From positions 1,235,660-1,299,659 of the forward strand of contig JAAOMT010000436.1 in NCBI GenBank assembly GCA_016748015.1: 64,000 nucleotides of DNA, read 5' to 3'. The DNA is from Geosiphon pyriformis uo1 (Eukaryota > Fungi > Glomeromycota). The notes under the pieces were generated by a model. That model saw only the letters and a list, made by a program, of their open reading frames with translations, did no database searches and was not told where the DNA came from. Both the position numbers and the translations under genes were made by a program. Position 1 is the first letter of the stretch; the number at the start of each line of letters is the position of its first letter. This document shows positions 26,190 through 39,182 of this stretch, piece by piece.

Positions 26190-26822
26190 ATCTATTAATT
26201 TAAGTTTTTTTATTGATTTTGTTTTAAAGATTCTGATAAATATTTTTAATAAAATAAAAGTATAATTAAATTCAAAAGTAAAAAAAATAAAGAAATTTTA
26301 TTTTTTTTGGTTTTTAAAAATATTATTATTCAAAAAAAAAATTTTTAATAGTAAAAACAACTAAATAATATTTTATTAAAGTGTTTTTTAAGTAATAAAA
26401 AGTTTTATATATTAAAAAAAATCTTTTTTTGTTTTTAATTAAAAATTTTTTATAAATTAATAATTAAATTTTTGTTTTTTTATTTAATAAGTAAAATTTA
26501 ACTATTATTTATTATAATACAACAATAAATATTCTAAAATAAATATAATTTATATAATAATTATATATAACTAACTATTTAAATTAATTAAAATTATATT
26601 ATATATCTATAATAACAAAAATATTATTATTAATATTTAATAAAACAGATATTTTTTATTAAGATTAAAAATAGTTAACAAATTTTTAAATTATCAAAAT
26701 AAATCAAAACTTCTTTCTCTCTTATTTCCAAAAAACCCCAAAAAGCATTTTTTCGAAAAAAAAGTTTTTTATTTTTTTTTGCTATTTCTTGTAATCATTT
26801 TTAATTAAATAATCCTTTTGTA

Positions 26823-28708
26823 ATGAACCTGGCTGCTGCTTCAGGTAGTGCTATGTTTAAAAAGAAAGCACCCATAAGGGTTCTTTATGGTCCTGTTGGA
26901 GGTTCTTTTTTCCAGAAAAAGAAGGTTTCTGTTGGTAATATCAAGCATTCTGGAGATGAAAAAGATATCTCTTTGGTCAAACCTGGTTCTAGTCATGATG
27001 TGTATTCAGATATGGACAGTATATCTGGTGATAGTAGGGACAATAATATTTCTTTTGGTGTTAGCAATGGTTCTTTCCTTGGTTCAGCAATAAACACCCT
27101 TAAAGCTAAAAAAGTAAATACCAACCTGGTCTGTGGCTTCCTTCTTGGTTTAATTGATTATGGCATGAATAAAGATGATGAACTCCTTCCTTCCTTTCTT
27201 AAAATCTCTCTGGAAAAAAAATGGGTTGATCCAAAAATTGTCAAATTTCAAGTTAAAGTGTCTGTCAGAAAGTTTTTTGTTCTTGATATTAATCTTAGTA
27301 CTGTAGAAAGGAAATCAGTGATGACAAAGACTTATTTTATCAGAAAAATCTTTTTATTAGTTAATGGTTTTGGGGGGGCCACTACTCCCTTAAAGTTTGA
27401 AAAGATCATCTGATTAACGTTTACTTCAGAAAAAAGCATGGAAATAACCATTTCATTGGCTAGAGAAAAAGAGATTGTTGTAAACAATGATCTTAAGAAA
27501 CAAGGGATTTGTTCAGATTGGGCTGTGGTAATTAAAAAAATTCTTATGAATATGCCAAAAGAGATAATTGTTGCCATACTAGCTGAGTTTAATAAAATTA
27601 AGTCAATCAAAATTCAACTGATTGGAATGTGGTAAAAGACTATAGTGGAGTTTGCTGAATTAGACCAAGCTAATTTGTTGGTCTCTAAGTGGTCATTCCT
27701 AATTAGTAAAGATTCTGTGCATGTAGCCAAAGCAGTAGAAGATCATGAGACTTGGGCTTCAAAGAATCAGTTCAGAGCACTTTTGTTTACTTTACCAGTA
27801 GGAATGACAGCACATGATCTTGAGACTCTTTTGAAAAAAACTGGTGGAAAAACCTGTGTTATAAACAGATCTCTGGAAACTGGTAATAGGATTTGCTATG
27901 CTGTGGTTAGTTTTGAATCTGATAATGATCTGGAATCTGCCTTTTCACAAAACCTATCTATAATAGAATAAAACTGTTTTGGACTAAGATGGATTTGGTT
28001 TGTTGTATGAAGTATGAGCATTTTGGACATTCAGCTCTTGAATGTGATGCTTCGGAAGTACTTGTGCTGCCATTATCTAAGAAATTATATAAAAAGATTG
28101 CTTCAGAGAAAGCTCATTTTCAGCTTGCTAAGTTGTATGAAAAAAAAGATGTTCCAATCTCTCATCTTGTTGCTTTTAGTGACAAATCTTGAGCCCAAGT
28201 GGTCTTACTAACTAATTCTTCTGGTGGTGCTTACTTTAAGTCTGATTCTAGTTCCCTTCCTCTTGACATCTTACATTTGGGTGGTACACTTCCTTCTATT
28301 TTAAATAATAACTCTGGTTTGAGTGGTTATTTAGCAATATTAGAACAATTCTTAGAGCTTTTGTCAGATCAGGTTTTTGTTTTGTTGAAAAAATTGAGCT
28401 TTATGAAGTTAGTGCCTTTGACTGTATCTCCTTCTGCTCCTCCTTCAGTCATCCCTATTTCTTTAGCTTCTGTTCTGGATTTGGATATGGTTTTGGACAA
28501 TGTGTTGGTGTCATCCATTCCTTTTTCTTCTGTTGGTTTAAACTTGATGGCCAATTTCAGCTCTAGTAGTTCTAAGGTTTTAACCACCAAAGTGGGTAAA
28601 TTAGAATCCAAAATGGTGGCTTTAGTGGCTTTTATTAATTTGGTTTTGGGAAGATTGGATCATCTGTATTCTGGTTTGGGTTTGTCAACTCTCTCTTCAT
28701 CTCAATGA
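26823..28708 (+). pseudogene. LINE ORF1 (gag-like, decayed CCHC knuckle)
   Basis: ORF pieces 26823/27438/27645 share one frame; 27989/28199 follow one frameshift near 27945. CMKYEHFGHSALEC is a decayed C-x2-C-x4-H-x4-C. Confidence 0.85.
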
Positions 28709-31700
28709 TAGGTTTTGTTTGGAAAATTGCTACATGTAATGCCCGAGGTATAAACAATCCTGCGAAACAGGAAGACATTGTTTGTTGGCATAAGGATATA
28801 GACAATTTGATTTCAATTATTACTGAGACTAAGTTGAGAGATAGAGTCCATTTGTGGATCACTGACAAATTTGATGGTGTTCATGTTTTTACTTCTGGTT
28901 TGAATTCTGGATACTTGGGTTCTGATGTTGCTATAGTCATAAATTCTTTTTTGGCAAAACATGTGTGCAAAGTTTCTGAAGTGTCTGATTAGATCCTATC
29001 TATTAGACTTCTTTTCAAAAATAAACTCTCTGTGTTGGTCTTAAGACTTTACATTGGTGCTTCATCTGGGGTTTAGTTTTTACAGGCTGGTAAGATCAAC
29101 TTTTTTATTGCAAAGACTGTTAATGAATCTTTTTTCATTATCCTTGGTGGTAACTTCAATAAAAATGGTTCGCAAAAATATACTAGTTTTAAAAAGTGTA
29201 TCAGTTTGGGGCTAGTCAATTCTTTGATGAAAAGTTCATCCATAGATTGTCCTACATGGAGTAATTCAAGAGATGCAAGAAAGACAATTGATTATATTTT
29301 AGTTTTATCAAATTTAGTCAGTGCAGTTGTGGGTCGCAATGTTTTGAACGTTGGTAATTACTTTAACACTGATCATTATGCTGTTTCTGTTTCAGTAAGT
29401 CTGGGTGGTTTGTTGAGCACTCAGTTGTACTCTCTTCACAAGCAGGCAAATAGGAATCACTGAAAGTTTGATTTTGATGGTGCTAATAATGCAAAGTGAA
29501 GCAAGTTTAAAGATGCTATGGCAGCCAATGCTACTGTGTTCTCTGATAATTTTACCACCTCCAAGTATCTCTTGGACTTGGATGTGATGTAAGATACAAT
29601 TTGCAAAGTTATGTTGCTTTCAGCTGATGAGATATTCAGGAGGAAATGGTTTAAGAGCTTCAATGGTGTTTTTACCAAGAAATCTTCTAATTTTCATAAG
29701 CTCAAGCTTTTGGTCTCAAAGATCACTAAGGCTTTTTGTAAGGAGAATAGTAATAAGTTTGCTTTCTTTATGGGATGCTAAGATTCTTTGGACAATATTA
29801 AAACTTCAATTGTGCAGGAAATTGTGAACTCTGATGTGGGTTTTGATCGTGTTTGCTCAGCTTTTTTCAGTGTGTGAAAAACATATTATGCCTCCAAGCT
29901 TGCTGAGTCTTTGCAAGCTAAAGAATCAAGAATAAGATTAGCTATCAATAAACAGATAGAGAATTTTGTAGTCAATAAAGACAACACAATCAGAAGTATG
30001 CTGAAATGTTCTTTTCAAAAAGTGGTTTTGGACTATCTGGTAATTGGAGATAAACTAATTCTGGAACCTAATCTGGTTAAGGCCAAGATTAATATTGTTA
30101 TGGAAGACTGGACCAGAAAATGCAATGTGGTAAAAGATTTTTTTAATAATTGGTCTTGTTAATATCAGCCATTGGAGTATGTTTTTGATGATGCTTTTTC
30201 AAATGTGATGTGTTTGGTTAGTTTTGATAAGCTACTCAGGGTGGTTTCTAATCTGTCTAATGGCAAAGCTGCTGGTTTTTCTGAAGTGTCAAACAAGCTT
30301 TGGAAGCATTGTGATAAATTGGTCTTAGATATGCTTTTGGTGTTTTTGAACTCCTGTTTGTTTCATGAATCAGTGTTTAATGCTTGAAAGGAAGCTTGGG
30401 TCTCAATGATTCCAAAACCATATGAGTGGAGGGAAGTTGCTATGAACACCCGACCTATTGCTTTGATCAAAACCACCTGCAAAATTCTTTCTAAGATTCT
30501 CTTGAACAAGATTTCTTTGGCATACAGCTTTTTTGATGTTTTGTATAGAGACAATTTCTTGGTTTTAAAGGGTACAACAATGCAATCTCCTATTTTTGCC
30601 ATTGGTTTGGTTATTGAGAATGCCTTGGAAAAGAATTATGAACTTTGGCTGGTCTTGCAGGACATGCAAAAGACATACAACTCTGTTAGTTGGAAGCATC
30701 TTAGGAACAGTTTGGTTAGAATAAAGATGTGCGACAAGTTCATTAGATTTTTTGATAACATTCATAATAATTGTGTTAACAGGGTGATGACAGATTTTAG
30801 TTTAATAAATGGATATTAAGTGCATAATGATTTGGATCAGGTGGAGGTGTTTTCACTGCTTCTTTGGTGCATATTTTATGATCCCCTTTTGTGTAAGGTA
30901 AAGAGACAGGAGAGCATTTATGGATATAGGCTGAACTCTTATTTTGTTGCCAAGATTGGTCGTTTGGAATCTCAAACTGGATTAACATCTTTTCTCACTG
31001 CTAGTGCTTTTGTTAATAACACAATTTGGATTGGTAGCAGTCAAGCTGCAACCCAACACATTCTTGATATTGCTAGTGAATTTTTTAAGATTAATGACAT
31101 ATCTATTAACAATAACAAAACAGTAGTAATTCCCATTAATTGCAAAGTTACATGTCCCAATTTGTCTATTAGCAGTTTGCATATATCCATTGTTAAGAGA
31201 GGAGAGTTTCATCACTACCTAGGGATTTTTTTATCGACTAAGGATTTGTCAAAGCCTAGTCTGGCTAAGGCCAATGCTGATGTTAGATTTTTTGCCAATC
31301 TGGTTTTAAGAAAGACTATTTCTGATAAACAGTTCTTGTATCTGGTGTTAGCAGTTCTTTAGTCCATTGTTAGCTACAAAACACAGTTCAGTTTTGTTCC
31401 TATCAGTATGTGTGATAAGTGGAACTCTTTGATTCGCAGAGGCTTAAAGCTGAAGTTTGGTTTACCTTTAGATTTTTCCAATGATGTATTTTATCATCTT
31501 TCATTATATGGTTTGAAAACTTTTGAGCAAGTCCAAGCTAAGAGCAAAATTGCTTCTATTGTGTGCTTTGCAAATTCCCTTGGGATTTTGGGTCAGTTGT
31601 TTTTGTACAGGTCTCATAACTTGCAGGTTCTGTCTTAGAGTCCACTTCACCTATTGGTGTCTCCAGTATGTATAAAAGTCAGTGCTTCTAATAATTTTTT

Positions 31701-33379
31701 GGCAGGTGTGGTTTGTATTTTTCTTGGGTGTGGTCTGTCTTTAAGTGGTCATGTAAACAATTCCTTCCATTTTTATGGTAGAACTCCCATGTTTTCTGTT
31801 CTTGGCAAGACTGATTATTTTAAGTTTCTTCCATCTCTTTGAAGATATGGTATTGCCTTTGTTAACCAACTTCATGGTAATAATGGAGCTGTTTTTAATT
31901 GGAAGATATTTAAGCATTAAAAGAAGCTAGACCCACGTGGCCCTATTTCTGAATGATTTAGACTTTTTGTTGACTTTTTCAATAGTGTTGCTTCTTTTTC
32001 TGCCTGTTTTTCTTCTGTGAGTGCTGCTGAGCCTTTGGATATTTTGGAATCTAGTAAGTTTGGATTGATTTATAATCAGTTGCTGGGTTTTGGGGCTAAC
32101 TGCTTTTCTGTTTATATAGATAGATCTCTGAAAGGCTTGGAAAGTGTTGATATAAAAGCTGGTACAGTGGTCTTTTTCGAGAACATAAGCTTGGGTTTAG
32201 GGGTCAAGGTATCTGGTTTAATGTTTTCTACTTTGGCTGAACTGCAGACTATTGTACTGGCTGCTGAGTGTGTTCCTCCTAATAGTTCAGTTAGTGTTTT
32301 TACAGACAGTCAGGCTGCCTTGGATGCATGCAAATCAGAATTGGATCTGGTTTATCCAGATTTTTAGAATTGCTGTTGGGTTGAGTGTTAGCATATCATA
32401 AACATTATCAGGAAAAAAAATTTGAGTGTTAGCTGGCACAAGGTAAAAGGTCATTTGGGTATTATGGGCAATGAGTGTGCTGATGCAGCATCTTTCTCTC
32501 TCTGGTGTCTTATTTCTCATGTGAAGGAACATCGTATTTTAGCTGAAGGTAATGTTATTTTTGGCAATTCTAGGCATTTTGTTCATGAAGTCTTTTGGTC
32601 TATTTTTCATGTGTACTGGGAGATTGGTTCATGCTTTAGGGTTTTAGATAATAGTTTGTGCTCAGATGTTGATTGGTTTAACTCATCATTAATGTGGCAT
32701 CCAGACTTATACATGACTGCTGGCTTTACCAATAAATCTATGGTGAACACTTACACATATTTCATAAAAGCTTTATACTATTGACTACCAGTTGCTGTTT
32801 GGAAGCAATTGTATAATAGATGCTATCTGAGTGTGCTGTGTCTATATTGTGACAAGGTAGAAGTTTCTGATTATGCTTTTTCTTGCATGGTCAATAATTC
32901 TGTTTGTTGTTGCTTGTTGGATGCTCACACCACTGCTTGGGATGCACTTTCTGGTCTTTCTATCTCCTCTTCAAGTGTTTCTCTATTATTGTCTTCTTAT
33001 GCCTCAAATGTTATGGTTTGCACAGCTCTTTGCAAGAGATTTGTTTTTAAAGAATGGCTTCGAGAAGCTATATTTGTCTTTGGAGATATGAAGTTAGCTG
33101 GTTGGAAGGTTGTTGAATTTGTCCGTAACTTGTGTCTTGCTTTTAGGGACAAGGTTTGGTTGGTTCACACTAAGTATTGAGTCTGCATGAAGAAGAATAA
33201 AATAATACCATAGGACAGTTTGGCTCTGGCTTCAGTTTCAGAGCTGTCTGCAATGCTTTCTATGGGTGTTGTTAGGTTACTGAGTATTGCTGAGGCAATT
33301 GGTGTTAGTTTTGGATCGCAAGTTTTGTTTATTTTTTTCAGATATTGGGGACTTAGTCTCAATACATATAGACACTTAG
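28705..33379 (+). pseudogene. LINE ORF2 (endonuclease, reverse transcriptase, RNase H)
   Basis: Eleven ORF-track pieces from 28705 to 32809 are all in the same frame, separated by premature stops. One apparent frameshift near 33317. Confidence 0.9.
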
Positions 33380-33787
33380 TATGGTTCTGATTGGTCCAAG
33401 TGGCTGGTTGTGTGTAGAAAATGCATTATTCACATCTAGTTTAGATCAGTCTACTTGATATATTATACTAGGTAGTGTTTGGACCTTGTTTATAAAATGA
33501 ATAAAAAAAAATTTTTATATTTATTTTTGTGTTTTTTACTAAGTTATCTGTAATATTATAATCTCAATCAATTAATTCAACAAATAAAAAAAAATAAAAA
33601 AATTAAAAATTAATATTTTATTAATAGTTATAATTAAAAATTATTATTTTAATAATTCAGATTTTTTAAATATATATTATTAATATTTGTTATTTTAATA
33701 ATTAGTTATTAAAATTAAGTAATTTTAATAAAATAAATATTAATTTATAAATATTAATAATTTAATAAATAAGTTTTTATTATAAAT

Positions 33788-36700
33788 TAGAGTTTTGATT
33801 GAATTGAACCAAACTAAACTTTAAATGTTATTTAAGTTTGGTTCAAATTATAAACTGAACTTAAACCAAATTAATTTTTAAAAATAAATTTGGTTTAAGT
33901 TCAATATTAGATCTTTTTGACAAGTCTGAATTTGGTTTAAAGTTTATAAACTTGTTTAAATTCAATGAAATTAAAAAAAATATAATTTGTATTACTTGTT
34001 TATTAATTATTACTTTGTTTAATTACTATGATCAATTAAAAAAGTATATAAAACTATGCATGTATAACAACTCTACTCTCCAACTTACTAAAATAAATTT
34101 ATTGTTGATATTATTCAATATTATTGAAGATTTAAAATTTGAAATAACAGAATTTAATAATTTAAATAATCCAAATATTAATATATTTGGTAAATATAGT
34201 TTTTAGAATAAAGTATAAAACTATTTTAATAAGTTTAAGTGAAAAAAAGAAAAAAAACAGCTAAATATACAGTCTTAAAATATGTATATAAATCATTTTC
34301 TTGCAAAATTATAAGCATTATCAAATTCTTATGGCATTGTTATTTGAATAGAAAAAACAAATTCAAAAGATATTAAAAAAACGAGATTAGAAAATGAAAT
34401 AATATAAAAAAATATAATAATGCAAAATAAAACAAAATAATACATTATAATTCAAGATAACATAAGATAACACAATAATGTAAAATAGTACAGAATAATT
34501 AGCTGTAATATATAATAACTAATTACAGTATAAAAGAATAAAACAACAACAAAAATTGCAAACAATAGTTAATAATAACAAGTAATTAAAAAACAATCTT
34601 GTAAAACTAAAAATATGTATAAAAATGAATAGTTTTAGTAATGAAAAAAAAACATACTGAAAAAATATTCAGATAGAAAATATTTTCTTTATCTATATCT
34701 ACTAGATTTATTTTATCTATATATTTATATTAACTCAAATAAAGAAAATATTTGAAATCAAAAATCATTCATTTATAATTCCTAAATTTTGTGTTTAAAC
34801 CAAATTACTTATTTTCTTATTTTTATTCCTAGCCAGATGTTTTTAGCATAAAATGTCTTGAACAAATAATAATTTGGACTAATCACTCTTATTTATGATA
34901 TTTAATGATATTAATTTCTTTTATTTTTATTTTTATTTTTTTTTTATTTTATTTTTATTTTATTTTTTTATTTTATTTTATTTTATTTTTTCTTTTGTGA
35001 AATAACAATATTGTAAAATTGACTATTTAAAAATAGACTTTATAACAGCTTAGTAAAAGAAAAAAGCTTTTCTTAAGATTAAATATTAATATTATCTTGT
35101 TAACTTATCAAAAGAATATAAAAACACTGTCAGATTCTAATAATTGTGCTTGACTAGCTTGGAAAAGATAGCTTACATACTTAAGCTGTAAATAACTGAA
35201 TACTTTTCTGTGTTTTATAACTAAAAAACTCTACAGATAAAACTAACAAAAAACTTTTAGAAACTAATATCAAATAATTCACCTTAAGTATCCAAAATAA
35301 AGGTCTTTAAGCTCTTATTATAATAGAAAAATATCATAAAAAAAGGCAAAATGTTCAAAAAAATTGCAAGCTAATTAAAAAAATGTTTTAATAAGTGAAA
35401 TTGCTATTTTTTTTATAATTTTTGGCCAATTTAACTAGAAAACTACTTTAGTATTCTGTAATAACTGTTATTGACATTAATAATAAAAAACTTTATAACA
35501 TAATTACTATTTGGTTTATCAACTATTAGCAATTATTTTTTATAGTAGAAAACTCTGAATTAATCGAAATATTTTAATATTTGAATCCTACTTTTTAATT
35601 TGTTTGTGTTGATATAATTAAAAATAGAATTATAGACCTTTATGTCTTAGGAAGACAAAAATTAAGAATAAGTACTATTTTTATTATAAAATATCTCTTT
35701 TTTTCATTTATGTTTATAATATAATAAGCATACTTAAATACTATTAAGTCCAAAAAAATTTTTATATTAAATTTCTAGACATTTTCTAATAATAAAGCTT
35801 TTGTTTTTATTACTGCTTATTATATCAATAACAATTGGGATCTTTAATAAACAATAATTGATTTTGAATTAATAAGTAAATGATATAATAAAATAAATTT
35901 TGTAAATAAATTTTTTAAAGTATTAAAAGATTATAGAATTATATTAAAGATATATATATATATTCTTACATGAATTTAAGTTAGTTAATGACCAATAATA
36001 AAATCAATATACTATGCAACATATTAATATTATTTGAAATTCAAAGTTACTATAATATCTATATTATTAAAAATCACATTTTTTCAATATTGGCTTAAGT
36101 TGGTTTTTATTATTGCTTTAGAGCTGAATTTTTGACATTAGTATTATTTGAGGCTTAGAGTTATTACAGTGTTTATATTATTAAAAATTACATTTTCATA
36201 ATATTAATTTAAATTGGTTTTTATTATTGTCTAAAGCTAAATTTTTGGCATTAATATTATTTGAAACTCAGAGTTATTATAATGCCTATATTATCGAAAA
36301 TTGCATTTTCTTAATATTAGTTTAAATAGTTTTTATTATTGTTTCAAGCCAAATTTTTAGCCAAAAAAATTAAGAAAGAAATTTAAGAAAAAATTACATT
36401 TATCTTCTTTTTATACAAATTTACCATTAATTTTATTAATTATAACCTAATTTTTTTTGATAGTTTCTTGCTATTATTTTTAATAATATTGTAAATAATA
36501 GTACTTTTATAAGAGAATTAGTAAAAAAATTAGAAGAAAAAAACATTCAATAGAACTTAAAAAATCTTTAATTTTAATACTTTGATCATATTCTAAAATT
36601 GGTAGTACAAATGGCTCTAAATCAAATAAAAAATAATGTTTTTAAGATATTTGTTAAAAACCCAAACCAAATATATTTACTTAAAATTTTCTTAATATAA

Positions 36701-38072
36701 ACTTTATTTAAATTAAAAATTAGAAAACTTAACTTTTTAATCTGTACTTTGTTCCAATATTTTGAGCTCTTTAAATACACCTATAATATATGTTAAATTA
36801 AATACTTTAAACCTATTCTGGATTATTCTATCCAGTAGAATTCTACTTATAATATGATTAGAAATAAGTTATTTCTTAAATTGGCAAGTCATTTATTTCT
36901 GATTCCATATATTTTGAATACAAAAATTCTAACTGTAAATTTATAGGCATTAAACACTCTTTTTATCAATATGTTATTTTACATAATTAATAAGTTGTTT
37001 TCAATAAAATTGCTAAATTTCTTAAATTATTTAAGAATACTATGATTAAAATATTAGTTAGTTTAAATAATACTGTCTTTTTAATTATTTTCTTCTTTAA
37101 TATCATTTTTAATTATGTTAAAGACACAGTTGATAATAATGAATCTAATAAAGTATTATAATTTTAATTGTATTTATTTAATTATTTATTTAACATATTT
37201 AATATTAGATCTATTATTTGTTATAATTAATAGGGCAGTAAGAAGAAAGTTGGTTGAATATTACTCTAAAATAAATACAATTATAATGTTCTGTATTGGA
37301 TTGAATTCAAGAAGAAAATTCTATTATTTTACAAAGAGAGAATTTTTAGATAATAATATTAATAAAACAAAAGAATTATAGGTTATTAATTTATTCAAAC
37401 AGTTTTATTTTTTAACTTTTACATAATAAATAAATCTTTAAAATGTGTATTTTTTTTAAAATAAAGTACACACTAGACATTATATTAATATCAAATAACA
37501 GTTTTTTGCTAAATGTCAATTTTAATAATATTATAGCATTAATTATATAATCTATATTAAAGATAGACTTTGATGATAATAAGAAAAAAAAACTTAACAA
37601 AATTGATTATTATATTTCTAAAAAGATAGCCAATAAGAAAATAAATATAATAATATAATAAAAAGTATATTATAAAAAATATTTATTTAAATTAATATTT
37701 TATTAATAATTTGATATTTAGACACATTAAACACAATTTTTTTATTTTGTATATATGATTTGTAATTATTTAACAATCTAAAAATCATCTGTTGCTTTTA
37801 AATATGTCTTTTTTACAAATAAAAATATGATTAAAGATATAAGATCTTACTTAGTGCTTAAAATTATAAGAGCAGTATAGTGTTTTCAATCATAAATACA
37901 AAGACTATTGAAAAAAAAATTAAATAATAATATAGTATAATATAATATTTTTAATAGTCAAACCTGAATATGTTAATAAATTTTGAATTAAACTTAAACC
38001 AAACTTGTTGTATGTATTTGAATTTGGTTTAAGTTTAATAATTTTAAGTTTGATTTAAGTTTAAAAATTTTA
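33788..38072 (+). mobile_element. Hypermutated hAT-superfamily DNA transposon
   Basis: Subterminal AACCAAAC/TTTGGTT arrays at both ends (33800-33950, 37960-38065). Decayed transposase motifs in order: AFVFITAYYINNNWDL...IIDFELI (35797), Q*NSTYNM for RWNSTY (~36833), KLVEYYSK...LNSRRK for LDPRxK (37245-37320), and IRSYLVLKIIRAV*CFQS* for the C-terminal dimerisation motif (~37840-37895). Ends are approximate. Confidence 0.8.
36026..36362. repeat. Three tandem ~113-bp repeats inside the hAT element
   Basis: Units start at ~36026, ~36140 and ~36253 (A.TATTATTTGA...GTTTTTATTATTG...AATTTTT). Copies differ mostly by transitions. Confidence 0.85.
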
Positions 38073-39182
38073 TTATTTTTATCTATGTCAATGTACTTAA
38101 AAATTTCAAATTTGACTGTTGGCATAATATTTTGGTCTATTAAAAACGTGAGAATTTACTTTTGTTTTGACAGTTTTTCGTAATTTTCGTTTTTTGTCTT
38201 GGCTGTGTGAATAAATCATTTCTTCTAAATACAAGATATATTTTCAACAGAAACATTGAATGGTTCCCAAATTGATTTAATGAAATAACATTTCATTTAT
38301 ACCGGCCCGAAATAATTCATCATTAAAGCTTCTGGTATCTTTATTTTTAAATAATCGCACAACCAAAGATATACTTACCTTTTTTTGCGTGGCAACTTGT
38401 TGGGTTGAATATCCCTCTCTATAAAAGGTATGTATACAAGAACGTTTTACGAATGAAACGCGAAGGATCTAGAATTTAAGAATATATTAAGCACCAAGTT
38501 GTACTTTCTATGAGAAAAAATTGGCAAGTCTTTTGTTTTGAAATCAACGTATAATTAGTTAGATAATTAAATAAGCTTATCTTTCCCGTTAAATAAAAAA
38601 TAATTCTGTGTTGTGAGCCACTATAGAACCAATTGTTCAAGTCAAGAGCAGTGAAGATTGGGGCGTTTCCTTACTCAAATAACCTTGCCAATCTTTTGCT
38701 AATGGAGAAACCAAGCCTAAACAAATGATCTAGTCTATTAGGTGTTTATTCCACTTGGACTCATCACCTTTACAAGGATCCCATTCTTAAAATGGTCCCC
38801 ATACCATGAATGGATTTGCAGAACATTTTATGGCAAGAGAACACGGATTTCGGCATGTTCTTCAGCTAAATTCGAAGATGAGCACAACGTAATAAAGCCA
38901 TAACACTGGGTTCTTCCGGAAGTTTGTGCAAGCAACCCACGCTAATTGGGCTTCTATTTGCGGCTTCGATTTCCGCATCCTTAGAGATTTTGTCCATAAG
39001 AGCACAAAGAACTTGCTAATTTTCATTTTTCATCATCTTTTTATTGTTTTCGAAGTATAAAACGTCATTTAAAAGCCTCAAATTATCCTTGTACTCAAAA
39101 TTATTAGAGGTATAGCAACTTTAGAATCAAACACCCTTTCTTAGGAAAATTTAAGAAATAAAATATTTCTACAATAATTTAA

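Larger units (their letters stand above)
26700..33511 (+). mobile_element. Full-length non-LTR retrotransposon (LINE; ORF1 plus APE-RT-RNaseH ORF2), inactivated
   Basis: APE (IATCNARGIN, ITETKL, TIDYILV), RT (IPKPYEW...RPIALI, LQDMQKTYNSV, AFVNN for FVDD, YLGIFL), RNase H (VYIDRSL, AELQTI, TDSQAAL, KVKGH...GNECAD), a C-terminal Cys motif, and an A-rich tail at ~33495-33511. Confidence 0.95.

Noticed and set aside
28990-33180. Stop-codon readthrough or alternative genetic code in LINE ORF2
   Set aside because: All three stop types occur at inferred Trp, Arg and Gln positions, catalytic residues are also mutated, and host genes use the standard code.
36026-36362. CRISPR-like array
   Set aside because: Contiguous tandem units without unique spacers, in a eukaryotic context with no cas genes.
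33952-37600. ORF-track proteins in the AT-rich block
   Set aside because: Chance frames or mutated hAT transposase remnants, not host genes.
38640-39060. GC-richer stretch with short - strand frames
   Set aside because: Broken by stops with no recognisable family; at most a gene relic.
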